Source: Candidatus Hydrogenedentota bacterium
GTDB taxonomy: Bacteria; Hydrogenedentota; Hydrogenedentia; Hydrogenedentales; SLHB01
Direction: 5' to 3'
Assembly: GCA_045863335.1 (NCBI GenBank)
Contig: BTVY01000046.1
Coordinates: 1 to 60,294 of the forward strand
DNA length: 60,294 nt
Shown: piece after piece, positions 39,279-49,081 of the stretch
Position numbering within the stretch: position 1 is the first letter of the stretch
Layout: every line of letters starts with the position of its first letter
Notes under the pieces: model-generated
Databases searched by the model: none
What the model saw: the letters and a program-made list of their open reading frames with translations, nothing else
What the model was told of the DNA's origin: nothing
Translations under genes and position numbers: made by a program

Positions 39279-40875
39279 ACTCACCGACCAACTCGCGGGA
39301 CCACCAGTTTCCAGTCTCGCGTTTCGTCGCGATATCGGTCATGCGATATTCGTAACGCAATGCGCGAACCTCGATAGGCGGCTCGTCTGGGAACGGGTTT
39401 TCATCCAGCAAAGCGAGTACGTCAGGCTCGCCTTGAAGCAAGCGATAGCAAAAATTCAGGAACCACGCGGGTGGCCGGGGCCGGAATGTGGCGAACCACA
39501 TCTGCCAGTCGAGCCGGGGCTGGTGCGGCGCCACCCGATGCGGCGCCTCGTCGAGATTGTCCGGCTTGTACTTGAACTCGTAGGCATTCCATTCACCGTC
39601 CGGCCCCCTCCCTTCGACGATGATTTCGGGCCGGTTGGTGGTCATGTGCGCGAAGAGCCCGTACCGGTTGGCGATGTAGTAGGGGTAGGCGCGTTGCACC
39701 AGGGGAAACAGGAGGGCCGGCGGTCCGGACGAATTTGGCAGCAGTTGGGCCATGTGCGACCCGGTGATCAATGCAATGAGGACGGCGATCCCGCCCATGA
39801 ACGCCTTCCGGTAGAACGGGAGCGGCCGGATGGTCTCCGGCGGGTTCAGCCAAGCGACGGCGCGTTTCGGCAGCACGCCGCGCCAGTGACGATCGTCGAT
39901 GAGCAACAGGCAAAGCGCGATGGCGAGGAGATTGAAGAACGTAAAGTTCCCAGTCGCCATGATGATGACTTGAAAGGCGATCAGAAAGACCGCGGAAATT
40001 CCGCGCAGACGACGCGGCGCAAGAACGAGGAACGGGACGAGAAGTTCTATGGTAAGGGCAGAGGCAACGGACACCCGATGGAACCATTCAGGCAATTGAT
40101 GGAAATACCAGCCGATTACCGTCGGCAACGGCTGCGTTTCGTAGTGAAAATTCAGGGCAGTGAGGTTTCGCCAGGTAACGTCATCCAGCTTCACGACGCC
40201 GGACATGAACATCAACCGAAACAGCAACCACCGCAGCAGCAACAGCATGACTCGGGAATGGACCTGTTCCCGGGCAATGTTGGGGCGCCACTGCATGGGA
40301 GCAAAGAAGATCGCGAGAAAAGTGGCTTCCAGTAAAAGCGTGTCCCACTGGAAGGCGAGGAAATCGGGCGCAACGGACACCAGCGACAAGTACAGCACAT
40401 AGAGCATCGCCAGGCACAGTGGCGGCGCATATCCCAAAACAAGGACGACGGCGAAGAACAATCCGGATCCGCAGATGGCGTGAAGAAACCAGTCGCTGCT
40501 GTTCAGCCAGCACAGCGTTGGGAGTTTCCAGTACCGGTCGATCCCGGTTCGACTCTGGACGAGTTCCAGGAACAGGTTTACGGGCGCGATTCCCCTGCTG
40601 CCGATAAGGCCGCTTAGCTGAACCCAGATCGACAAGAACGCAATGACGTGGATGATTCCCAAGAACCGGAGAAAGATCCACCGGGTGATGAAGTAGCGCG
40701 GGGAAACGCCGCCAACCAGGAAGTCACGGCGCAGGAGCCGGTGGAATCGTTCATAGCGTGAGAGGGGCTCAGGGGGAGATTCCTGTTCCGGCGAGGAGGT
40801 CGTCGAACTCTCAACAGGGGGTACATCGTCGCCGGGGCTTTCCGACGCAACCTGGTGACCGTCTGACTCCTTCAC
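39226..40875 (-). CDS. Lipase maturation factor (LMF) family membrane protein
   Basis: FLAFQWDTLLLE, LLFRLMFMSGVVK, HYETQPLP, TGNFTFFN, HQPRLDWQMWF. Confidence 0.9.
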   Translation of the reverse strand: MKESDGHQVASESPGDDVPPVESSTTSSPEQESPPEPLSRYERFHRLLRRDFLVGGVSPRYFITRWIFLRFLGIIHVIAFLSIWVQLSGLIGSRGIAPVNLFLELVQSRTGIDRYWKLPTLCWLNSSDWFLHAICGSGLFFAVVLVLGYAPPLCLAMLYVLYLSLVSVAPDFLAFQWDTLLLEATFLAIFFAPMQWRPNIAREQVHSRVMLLLLRWLLFRLMFMSGVVKLDDVTWRNLTALNFHYETQPLPTVIGWYFHQLPEWFHRVSVASALTIELLVPFLVLAPRRLRGISAVFLIAFQVIIMATGNFTFFNLLAIALCLLLIDDRHWRGVLPKRAVAWLNPPETIRPLPFYRKAFMGGIAVLIALITGSHMAQLLPNSSGPPALLFPLVQRAYPYYIANRYGLFAHMTTNRPEIIVEGRGPDGEWNAYEFKYKPDNLDEAPHRVAPHQPRLDWQMWFATFRPRPPAWFLNFCYRLLQGEPDVLALLDENPFPDEPPIEVRALRYEYRMTDIATKRETGNWWSRELVGEFIPPMRLEQQSDPEPPG

Positions 40876-41052
40876 AACTTCCCCCTGTTCCGCAAGATCT
40901 GTGCAACGGCAGGGAGTGTACCACAGTCGGTAGCGAAGCTGCCGATCGCAAGTTCCCTTTCGGCACGCTTGCACGACCGCTCGAAAAACGTGGCATATCG
41001 GTTCTCAAACCTGCTACGCTATCCGGGCAACTTGGGAGAGGGACAGTCAGGC

Positions 41053-41436
41053 ATGTCGAATACGCTGACCCAACGAATTCGCGTTCGGTGCGAAAGTTAC
41101 TTCGTGCCGGAACGGTCCAGCCAAAACGAGAACCTTTACTATTTCGGCTACCGGATTCGAATCACGAATGAGGGTATGGAACCGGTCCAGCTCATCAGCC
41201 GGCACTGGACGATTACGGACGGTCTCGGCAAGGTTGAGGAAGTGAGGGGTCCCGGCGTCGTTGGGCAGCAGCCGCGATTGGATGCGGGCGAGACCTTCGA
41301 GTACACCAGCGCCTGCCCGTTGCACACCAGCTATGGGACGATGCAGGGCCGGTACCGGATGGCGCGGGACGACGGTTCGACGTTTCACGCGGAAATTACG
41401 CCTTTTGAGATGATTGTTCCCGCGGTTCTGAACTAG
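41053..41436 (+). CDS. apaG: ApaG protein
   Basis: YRIRITN, QLISRHWTITDG, GPGVVGQQP, FEYTSAC, GTMQG. Confidence 0.95.
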   Translation: MSNTLTQRIRVRCESYFVPERSSQNENLYYFGYRIRITNEGMEPVQLISRHWTITDGLGKVEEVRGPGVVGQQPRLDAGETFEYTSACPLHTSYGTMQGRYRMARDDGSTFHAEITPFEMIVPAVLN

Positions 41437-41473
41437 CCGATTCTCTCAGGCCACGACGAGGACAAACGTCCCC

Positions 41474-42349
41474 ATGAAGGTTCGCGTCATTGCCAATCCC
41501 ATCTCCGGCGGAGGCCGCGGACGCCGTCTTGGCGAAGCAATGTCCACCGCACTCAACGCACGGGGCATATCCGCAGACCTACACGTCACCACGCGCGCGG
41601 GCGAGGCTGGTGAGATCGCGACCGAAGTCGGCTATGACTGCGTCGTCAGCGTTGGCGGCGACGGCACCACGAACGAAATTGCCAACGCGCTTGTGGGAAC
41701 CGACATCGTCCTCGCCATCCTTCCCCTCGGAACGGCCAACGTCGTAGCCCGGCAACTCGGCATTCCCCTGAACGCGGAAGCTGTCGCCGATCTGATCGCC
41801 CGCGGTTCGGTTCGGCAGATGGATGTCGGCCGCTGTGGCGATCGGATATTTCTGCTCGGGACCGGCGCAGGACCGGATGCGGCAATCGTGGAAGCCATCC
41901 ATGCGCGGCGGGGCCGGCGGTTGGGCTATTCCGGCTACTACGTCCCCACGCTGCGCACCTTGTGGCGGTACGATTGGCCCCGCATCCGCGTCACCGTAGA
42001 CGGCGAACAACTGTGCGACGACGGGCATTATGCCATCGTGGGAAACTGCCGCTTCTCCGCGGGGGTATTCCCGTTCACACCGGAGGCCCGCATCGACGAT
42101 GGGCTGCTTGACGTCTGTGTCATGCGCAACTTAAACATGTGGCGGCTGGCCTGGCACGCGGTCGCGTCGTGGCGGTCCGGGTTCATCGCGCGCAAAAACG
42201 TGCTCTATCGCACGGGCACCCGTGTGCGCTTTGAAGCCGTTGATTCCAGCTCGATTTCTCTTCAGATCGACGGCGACCCCGCCGGAACCCTCCCTTCGGA
42301 ATTCTCCGTCGACCCGGCGGCGCTTCGTGTATTCGCGCCTACCGCGTGA
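41474..42349 (+). CDS. Diacylglycerol/lipid kinase family (YegS/DgkB-like)
   Basis: NPISG, GGDGT..E, PLGTAN, DDGLLDV, QIDGD. Confidence 0.9.
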   Translation: MKVRVIANPISGGGRGRRLGEAMSTALNARGISADLHVTTRAGEAGEIATEVGYDCVVSVGGDGTTNEIANALVGTDIVLAILPLGTANVVARQLGIPLNAEAVADLIARGSVRQMDVGRCGDRIFLLGTGAGPDAAIVEAIHARRGRRLGYSGYYVPTLRTLWRYDWPRIRVTVDGEQLCDDGHYAIVGNCRFSAGVFPFTPEARIDDGLLDVCVMRNLNMWRLAWHAVASWRSGFIARKNVLYRTGTRVRFEAVDSSSISLQIDGDPAGTLPSEFSVDPAALRVFAPTA

Positions 42350-42451
42350 TACGCGTTGTTCGGGTGAATCCCGCATCCTGTGTTGCTACAATGCATGGAG
42401 TTTTGATTCGCGTGCGGAGCGCGACAGCAGCGTTAACGAGAGGAGCCTCTG

Positions 42452-43468
42452 ATGCGGCGCGTTTGTTCAATTCTGGTTTTGGCATTTTCAATCGCCCTCC
42501 CACTCGCCGGTGCGGCAGAAGACGATGGCGTCATGGGCGTGTGGCAAGGTTCGTTCCTTAGCGGGGACTGGCAGGACAAGGCGTTTTCCTCCCAAATCAT
42601 CGCACAGGGACCAGTGGAAGGCGCGGAACGCTGGCGCATGATTCTCCTCATCGGCGACTGGCAGAAGCCGGATGCGAAGGCGGAGATTGAAGGTGTGCGC
42701 GCGCAGCCCGATGCCAAGACGGTCCAGTTCGGCGGTGAAGTCGACCTGGGCGAGGCTTTCGGCGGTTCCTATCGCGTGGCGGCGGAGTTGGTGGACGGCA
42801 CGATCAGCGGCACGATGAACGGCAAGGGAAAACCGGTCGAGTTTAAGCTGCAGCGAGTGGAAATCAAGCCGCCGACACTCGGCCAAGCCCCGCCGGAAGG
42901 TGCAGTGGTGCTGATGGACGGCACCAACCTCGACGCGTGGGAACGGTATCCGTTGAAATGGAGCCTGTTGGGAAACGGCGCTACGCAGGTCACCGGCAGC
43001 AATTTCAAGACAATCGAAGAGTTCGGCAGCGGCCTATGGCACGTGGAATTCATGTCGCCCTTCATGCCGGACGAACGTGGACAAGGCCGCGGCAACAGCG
43101 GCGTGTATGTCTTGGGCCGGTATGAAGTGCAGGTGCTTGACAGCTTCGGGCTGGACCCCGCGGACAACCTGTGCGGAGGAATCTACAAGATGGCCGTGCC
43201 GCGTGTGAATGCCTGCCTTCCGCCGCTCACGTGGCAAACCTATGACATCACGTTTACGACAGCTCAGTTTGACGCTTCAGGAAACAAGACGGCCAATGCC
43301 CGGATTGCCGTGGTTCACAACGGCGTACTCATCCACGATGACGTGGAACTCGCCAATCCCACGCCGGGCGGCGTGAGCGGCGAGGATGCCGCCACTGGAC
43401 CGATGCTTTTCCAGGATCACAGCGACGCCGTCCAGTTCCGCAACGTGTGGTTTGTTCCGGCGGACTGA
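42452..43468 (+). CDS. Exported DUF1080 (3-keto-disaccharide hydrolase-like) protein
   Basis: HVEF, GNSGVY, YEVQVLDS, WQTYDI, QDH...FRNVW. Confidence 0.87.
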   Translation: MRRVCSILVLAFSIALPLAGAAEDDGVMGVWQGSFLSGDWQDKAFSSQIIAQGPVEGAERWRMILLIGDWQKPDAKAEIEGVRAQPDAKTVQFGGEVDLGEAFGGSYRVAAELVDGTISGTMNGKGKPVEFKLQRVEIKPPTLGQAPPEGAVVLMDGTNLDAWERYPLKWSLLGNGATQVTGSNFKTIEEFGSGLWHVEFMSPFMPDERGQGRGNSGVYVLGRYEVQVLDSFGLDPADNLCGGIYKMAVPRVNACLPPLTWQTYDITFTTAQFDASGNKTANARIAVVHNGVLIHDDVELANPTPGGVSGEDAATGPMLFQDHSDAVQFRNVWFVPAD

Positions 43469-43524
43469 TGAGATTTCCGGTAGTCATATTCGCGTGCGCG
43501 GTTCGTCATGGAGAGGTTTGAGCA

Positions 43525-44235
43525 GTGCGTCTTTCCATTGTGATTCCCGCGTACAACGAAGAAGAGCGCATTGGATCGACGATCGAAGCCATCGACGCGT
43601 ATCGCGCAACGCTGGAATACGATTCCGAAGTGATTGTGGTTGACGACGGAAGCACGGACAACACCGTTTCCGTCGTCCATGATGCCGATCCAAGCGCTCA
43701 GGTCATCTCATACAATCCCAATCGCGGCAAGGGCCATGCCGTGCGCACGGGCATGACCGCGGCCAAGGGTGAGATTCGGCTATTCTACGATGCCGACGCC
43801 TCCACCCCCATCGACGAAGTGGGGAAGTTGTGGCCCCATTTTGAGGCGGGTGCGGAGATTGTGATCGGCTCCCGTTCGCTACCCGGGTCGGACGTGCAGA
43901 TCCACCAACCCTGGTACCGTGAGAACATGGGGCGCGTGTTTAACGGAATCATTCGTGTACTGGGCGTCACGCGGTTTCCCGATACGCAATGCGGTTTTAA
44001 GGCCTTCACCGCGCACGCGTGCAGTATTGTGTTTCCCCGTCAGACCATCGAGCGGTTCAGCTTTGACGCGGAATTGCTCTACATCGCGCAGAAACACGAA
44101 CTGCCGATCGCGCAACTGCCTATTCGATGGATCAACTGTCCTCACACGAGCCTGAACCCCCTCTCCGATTCCACGCGCATGTTCTGGGACGCAGTGACTA
44201 TCCGGTTCAAGGACATGATGGGGCGCTACCGGTAA
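43525..44235 (+). CDS. GT2 polyprenyl-phosphate glycosyltransferase (Dol-P-Glc synthase-like)
   Basis: IPAYNE, VDDGSTD, GKGHAV, DAD, DTQCGFK, FDAELL. Confidence 0.9.
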   Translation: MRLSIVIPAYNEEERIGSTIEAIDAYRATLEYDSEVIVVDDGSTDNTVSVVHDADPSAQVISYNPNRGKGHAVRTGMTAAKGEIRLFYDADASTPIDEVGKLWPHFEAGAEIVIGSRSLPGSDVQIHQPWYRENMGRVFNGIIRVLGVTRFPDTQCGFKAFTAHACSIVFPRQTIERFSFDAELLYIAQKHELPIAQLPIRWINCPHTSLNPLSDSTRMFWDAVTIRFKDMMGRYR

Positions 44236-45858
44236 TTACTGCCGCGTTTCCATGAATCGATCCCAGAGATCGGAGCGGATCTCGGTCACCCACAATACAC
44301 CGGGGCGCAGGGATTTCGTGTCGACCTGGTAGTCGCGTTTGAGGTGCGGATCGATGGCGGTCTTGATCTTTGCGGGCGCGAGAATGACGGACGCGTCTGC
44401 CTTTTCGGGGATCGTCGTCCAATATCCCACCCGCGTGAACTTGCGCAGGTACCACGGCAGAGGCCAGTAGTCCCCGTTGGGACTGATCACGCGAATCAGC
44501 ATGTCCCGGCCTTCGGGACTAATCGCCGCGATGTCCTCCACGCGTTGGACCATCTGCATGAAGGCGGAAGACGTGTGGGCGTAGACGTACGGATTGCGCA
44601 CGTCCGCGTCGAACACGTAGGCCGCGCGATAGGCCTGTGCGCCCAACTGCGCAATCCCGCCAGCAAGCGCCAGGACTGCTACTGCCCGCAACAGACGATA
44701 TCGAAGCACGTTGAACAGCCAGACCGCGCCCGCGCCCGCGAGGACGATCAGCGGTTGCAGGAAATTAAGCGCGTTCCACGGCGTCTTGTAGGGGATGTAC
44801 GCGTACACCGCCGTCACAAAGAGCGTGTATAGCGCCAGAAAGACCAGGAAGTACGTACGGGAACGTCGTTCGCGTCGTAACCCGAGTACCGCCGCGATCA
44901 TGCCGAGCAATCCAAGCCCCAGGATGAGCCCTTCGCTGAAGACGGGTTTCGGCGTGCGGTGCGTATACGCGAGCAGATGCAGGTAGTAGTACCAAGGCTT
45001 GTCGTGGATGTGACTGGAGTCCGCCTTCTGAAAGTAGTTTGCGTAGGTCAGAACGGAATCGACAACCCCGCGCGGGTGCGTGAAGAAGGACGAGTAAAAC
45101 AGAACCGACACCGCCACGGCCGCGAGTACACATGCTACGGCGTGATGGATTTTGCATCGTTGCGGGTTCTCTATGATACGATTCGGCCCGTCAAACCGAT
45201 TGTATAGAATCGCCGTTGGAATCGCCGCGAATACCATCCCCGCGAAGGCAATGACACAGGTCTCTTTGGATGCGTGGGCAAGTCCGGCGAATATCCCCGT
45301 GGCGACGGCCCATCCAATGGAGCGGGTCATCACGTACCGCCATCCGCACACGATGACGCCAAACACGAAGCAAACGAGCAGCATCTCCTGGATGAAGTAC
45401 CGGCTGTAGAAGACCATCGCGGGTGATACCGCAGTCAGCACGGCGGCAGTCACGACGGTTGCGGTACCCAATGTTGCGCGTAACGGAATCAGCAGAAGAA
45501 TTGCGCCGGCGCCGAACATGAGCGGGACAAGTCGAAACGTCCATTCCGTCGTTTCCGCGAAGCCGGTCGCGCCGGACACCCAGGCTACGGGCAGCGCAAG
45601 GTAATAGAGGGTAGGTCCGTGGTGCTCGACGGGGTCGTAGGCGTATTCGCCGGTGTCGAGCAGGATGCCGGCCTTGACGGCCTGATTGGCTTCATCGCCA
45701 TGCATGGGCCGCGCGTCAAGCGACGGCAGCCGGAACGCGAACGCTCCGGCTGCCGTAATGAGTAACAACACAAGGCCGATTCGGCCCCTGCGGGTGTGAG
45801 TCCCGCTGGTCGATCCCGGAGGAGAGGTGTCTTTTACAACGTCACCGTTCCGGGCCAT
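44236..45858 (-). CDS. PMT-like GT-C membrane glycosyltransferase (TIGR03663-like)
   Basis: RPMHGDE, YDPVEHHGPTLYY, YSRYFIQE, SKET, YKTPW, WPLPWYLR. Confidence 0.8.
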   Translation of the reverse strand: MARNGDVVKDTSPPGSTSGTHTRRGRIGLVLLLITAAGAFAFRLPSLDARPMHGDEANQAVKAGILLDTGEYAYDPVEHHGPTLYYLALPVAWVSGATGFAETTEWTFRLVPLMFGAGAILLLIPLRATLGTATVVTAAVLTAVSPAMVFYSRYFIQEMLLVCFVFGVIVCGWRYVMTRSIGWAVATGIFAGLAHASKETCVIAFAGMVFAAIPTAILYNRFDGPNRIIENPQRCKIHHAVACVLAAVAVSVLFYSSFFTHPRGVVDSVLTYANYFQKADSSHIHDKPWYYYLHLLAYTHRTPKPVFSEGLILGLGLLGMIAAVLGLRRERRSRTYFLVFLALYTLFVTAVYAYIPYKTPWNALNFLQPLIVLAGAGAVWLFNVLRYRLLRAVAVLALAGGIAQLGAQAYRAAYVFDADVRNPYVYAHTSSAFMQMVQRVEDIAAISPEGRDMLIRVISPNGDYWPLPWYLRKFTRVGYWTTIPEKADASVILAPAKIKTAIDPHLKRDYQVDTKSLRPGVLWVTEIRSDLWDRFMETRQ

Positions 45859-45866
45859 GGGTCACA

Positions 45867-46559
45867 TTACTTCGCGGGCTGACCGTAGACTTCAACCTCG
45901 ACGTAGTGGTTCGTCTCGTCGGACGTATTGCCGTTGGTGTAAAGGCGGACGAAGCGTCCCTTGATGCCCTTATCCGCCAACGGAATCAAACGGCCTTCAT
46001 AAGTCTCCACGTACTCTTTGTCTTTGCCGACGCCGAGCCCGGAGGAATTATCGTGGTCGTTGTTGTAGACCGTCTGGACGTTCTCGGTGAATTCGGCATC
46101 GTCAGCGGTCTTCACGACCATGTCGAAGTACACGCGCTCGGCGGCATGGAAGTGCCACACCAGGATTGCGTAGATGTCCGAAACCTGACCGAGGTCGATC
46201 TGCACCCACTGGACGGCCGTGTCGAGTTCGACGAGGTAGTCCTGCTGATAACCCTTTTCACCGTCCGTGACGAAGGCCAATTTGCCGTAGTTCGGATCGG
46301 GGTCGCTGCTGGTGACCGGCTTGCCGGCGGCAAGGTTGGTCGCGCCCGCGGGAGCCATGTACGGTTCGCGGGGCTTGTAGCTGCGTTCTTCCAGATTCTC
46401 CCCAAAATAGTCGAGCGGCGTGCCGCCAAAGTACGGCTGCGGCAACTCGATCTTCAGTGCTTCTTCCTGCGCGACGGCGGCGGGTGCGGCCGCAAACATC
46501 AACGCCGCGATCGCCGCAATCGCCAAGGCGCCAAGCGGCGTAACTGCATATCTCACCAT
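45867..46559 (-). CDS. Secreted discoidin/F5-8 type C-like protein
   Basis: Signal peptide; NLAAGKPVTSS, VTDG, WVQIDLG, GRFVRL, EVEVYG. Confidence 0.75.
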   Translation of the reverse strand: MVRYAVTPLGALAIAAIAALMFAAAPAAVAQEEALKIELPQPYFGGTPLDYFGENLEERSYKPREPYMAPAGATNLAAGKPVTSSDPDPNYGKLAFVTDGEKGYQQDYLVELDTAVQWVQIDLGQVSDIYAILVWHFHAAERVYFDMVVKTADDAEFTENVQTVYNNDHDNSSGLGVGKDKEYVETYEGRLIPLADKGIKGRFVRLYTNGNTSDETNHYVEVEVYGQPAK

Positions 46560-46729
46560 GATTTCCTCCTTCATTCCTTAATCCGTTGACACGAGAATCG
46601 CCACGCGCATCTCGCCGCATTTATGGACGAGGAACTGTGGCGGGTTATTCAGGGTTAGTATCTCGCCCGGAGGTGGGAAAAGTCAAACTGGCGTTGGTCA
46701 CAGGCAACGCCATGCAGATGACGCATCCG

Positions 46730-47302
46730 CTACTCAGCCGTATGAATCACCGGTTCTTTTCGCCGCCGCGCGATGAGGGCGAGCGTGACCGCGCCGAAAC
46801 CGCGAACTTTGGTGGCAAGCGAAAGGAGCTGCCCGAGGATCGGCACGAAGAAAGCGCCTTCGATAACCAGTCCGCCCAGCATGAGCGCGCCGGGGCGGTT
46901 GTCCCATCGCGCGGGGAGAGGAATCGTCACGCCGGCGCTCCGGTAGCCGACGGCATATCCGAGATAAGCGAACACGATGAGCGCGAGCATCAGGGCGATG
47001 CCGAAGAGGGCGAGCACTTCGGTGCTGAGCAAGATGATAGCAAGGATGACGCCGGCGACGATGTTGACGAATCCGACAAGGACGCAGCGCATAGGATCGT
47101 TCCGGTAGGTATGCAACATCGCGTCGCTGAGTTCCGGATAGCGCGAATCGAACCATAGGGCGGCAAGAATGGAGCCGAGCTTAAGCACGATCAATACGGT
47201 GAGGGAGGTCAGCACCAGCATGCAGAGCCCGCCCAACCCGAGCGTTCGCACCAACTGGTCCAATCCGTCTTCGCTGAGCAATCTTACCGATACGGTGTCC
47301 AT
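46730..47302 (-). CDS. Hypothetical membrane protein in the ECF operon
   Basis: Several hydrophobic helices; AAGGGA RBS; follows the anti-sigma gene. Confidence 0.6.
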   Translation of the reverse strand: MDTVSVRLLSEDGLDQLVRTLGLGGLCMLVLTSLTVLIVLKLGSILAALWFDSRYPELSDAMLHTYRNDPMRCVLVGFVNIVAGVILAIILLSTEVLALFGIALMLALIVFAYLGYAVGYRSAGVTIPLPARWDNRPGALMLGGLVIEGAFFVPILGQLLSLATKVRGFGAVTLALIARRRKEPVIHTAE

Positions 47303-47319
47303 ATCCTGTCCCTTTACAA

Positions 47320-47886
47320 TTACCGTGCGTGAGAATCCGAGCCGGAACCCGTGTGACCGCCGGCCCGGCGGATCGCCGCGTTGAACGCGACGAGCAGTAT
47401 GGCGAGTACGGCAATGCTTGCCCCGGAAATCCACGGGCTTTGTACGCTCCCCAGGAATTCGGGCAACGCGACGGCCGCCCAGGCCTCCCGGCCCCACTCG
47501 ACAAATGGTATGAACAGGCCGAGAGATACCGAAAAGTCCGGCTGCCATGTGGCTACTTGCGTCATCCAGGAATCCGCATACGCTGCCACGGGAAGGTGCC
47601 ATCCCACCAGGATCAGCACGATTGACACACATGCGACGAGACCAGCGCCCCACGCCATTGTCGCCGGTCGTCGTTGTCCTCGAACTTGCGCTATGAGAGC
47701 ATCCTCGAATCCGGGCGATGGGGCTTCAACGGGCAAATCCGCAAAGCTGGCCTCGAGGGCACGAAGGCGCTCCAGATACGCGCGGCAGGTATCGCAGGAT
47801 TCGAGGTGCGTCTCAAACCCCTCCTCCAGGGGAAGACCCTGGTCGAAGCGTTCCCGCAACCAGGCTTTCACGGTCGCGCAGTTCAT
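47320..47886 (-). CDS. Zinc-binding transmembrane anti-sigma factor (zf-HC2)
   Basis: MNC...HLESCDTC motif plus TM helices; ATGA overlap with the sigma factor stop. Confidence 0.85.
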   Translation of the reverse strand: MNCATVKAWLRERFDQGLPLEEGFETHLESCDTCRAYLERLRALEASFADLPVEAPSPGFEDALIAQVRGQRRPATMAWGAGLVACVSIVLILVGWHLPVAAYADSWMTQVATWQPDFSVSLGLFIPFVEWGREAWAAVALPEFLGSVQSPWISGASIAVLAILLVAFNAAIRRAGGHTGSGSDSHAR

Positions 47887-48506
47887 GGTTTGTCCTCCTC
47901 GCACAGGCGCTCGCGCAGTTCCTTCCGCGCCCGGCATAAGGCGACCTTGGCCGCGGCGGTGCTCATGCCGACAATCTCGGCCGCTTCTCGGATCGGGAAG
48001 CCCTCCGTGTAATGGAGTTGCATCAAGAGCGCTGTCCTCGGCGGCAACGTGGCGAGCGCCGAGCTAACTTCGTCGCGGAGTTCCGTGCCGCGATGGGCAT
48101 TCCGGCCGGACGGCTCTTCGATCTCTCCCGACGTCTCCACGAGGGCGTTGTAGGAAACATTCGCACCCTTCCCCCGCCGCTGTTGCGACCGGATCGCGTT
48201 GAGGCCCACGCGCGTGGCGATGGTATAGAGCCACGCCCGCAAGGACTGGCCGTCCTCCAGCCGATCCAGGTAGCGGAACGCCCGGATGAAGGTCTCCTGG
48301 GCGACGTCCTCCGCATCTTCCCGGTTCAGCATGAGGCGGTAGAGGTGGCGGTAAATCGCGTTGCCATAGCGGCGCACGATGGCGTCAAAAGCGGCCTGCT
48401 CCCCCTGCTGGACACGGCGCACCCACTCCGCGTCGGAAGGCGCGGCGTCTCCTTCGGTGGCAGGGATGGCCTCCAAAACGGATTTGTTCGGCGTTTGGGC
48501 TTCCAT
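47883..48506 (-). CDS. ECF RNA polymerase sigma factor
   Basis: DAEDVAQETF, AWLYTIA, region 4 EAAEIVGM...VALCRARKEL. Confidence 0.9.
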   Translation of the reverse strand: MEAQTPNKSVLEAIPATEGDAAPSDAEWVRRVQQGEQAAFDAIVRRYGNAIYRHLYRLMLNREDAEDVAQETFIRAFRYLDRLEDGQSLRAWLYTIATRVGLNAIRSQQRRGKGANVSYNALVETSGEIEEPSGRNAHRGTELRDEVSSALATLPPRTALLMQLHYTEGFPIREAAEIVGMSTAAAKVALCRARKELRERLCEEDKP

Positions 48507-48658
48507 CGGGCGCCACCGTGACCTTACCGCATCTGCTTGTCGAAACATCGCGTACGCCACATCTACCTCGGGCGCCGGCGCCGTACGGTGGCCGCCGTCG
48601 CTGCTTTCTTATACACCAGTTTGCAGGGAAAGGTAACGCGGCGGTGGGGCAAAACCAA

Positions 48659-48703
48659 ACCGATCAGACCGATCAGACGGATCCAACCGATCCGATCGAT
48701 CGG
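48659..48703. repeat. 9-bp tandem repeat x5
   Basis: ACCGATCAG ACCGATCAG ACGGATCCA ACCGATCCG ATCGATCGG. Confidence 0.8.
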
Positions 48704-48729
48704 AAGAGTCGACGGCGTTTCAGTCCAGC

Positions 48730-49050
48730 CTACGAGGTCGTATGCAGCTTGAGGCCAACAACCCCGGCGACGATGAGCACAATACAGGCGATCCGCCAGA
48801 CGGCGCGGGATTCCTCGAAGAACCACATGCCGAATAGGGTGGTGCCCACGACCCCGATACCGGTCCAGACGGCGTACGCGGTGCCGACGGGAAGGGTCTT
48901 CACCGCCTGGGCCAGGAACACGAAACTGAGCACCATGGTCACCCATGAGACGAGCGTCGGCCAGCCACGGGTGAAACCTTCGGAGTACTTGAGCGCCACG
49001 GCCCACGTCACTTCGAAGGCTGCGGCGATAAGCAGATAAATCCAGGCCAT
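48730..49050 (-). CDS. sugE: SMR-family exporter, Gdx/SugE subtype
   Basis: MAWIYL...FEVTWA..LKYSEGF, LPVGTAYAVWTGIG. Confidence 0.88.
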   Translation of the reverse strand: MAWIYLLIAAAFEVTWAVALKYSEGFTRGWPTLVSWVTMVLSFVFLAQAVKTLPVGTAYAVWTGIGVVGTTLFGMWFFEESRAVWRIACIVLIVAGVVGLKLHTTS

Positions 49051-49081
49051 GGGGTCTCCTTGGTGCGTTTTGATTGGACCG

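Noticed and set aside
40991-41008. TGGCAT-N5-TTCT upstream of apaG as a sigma54 promoter
   Set aside because: Lacks the conserved GC at -12.
49051-49081. Guanidine riboswitch directly upstream of sugE
   Set aside because: Only 31 nt are available and there are no paired ACGR hairpins.
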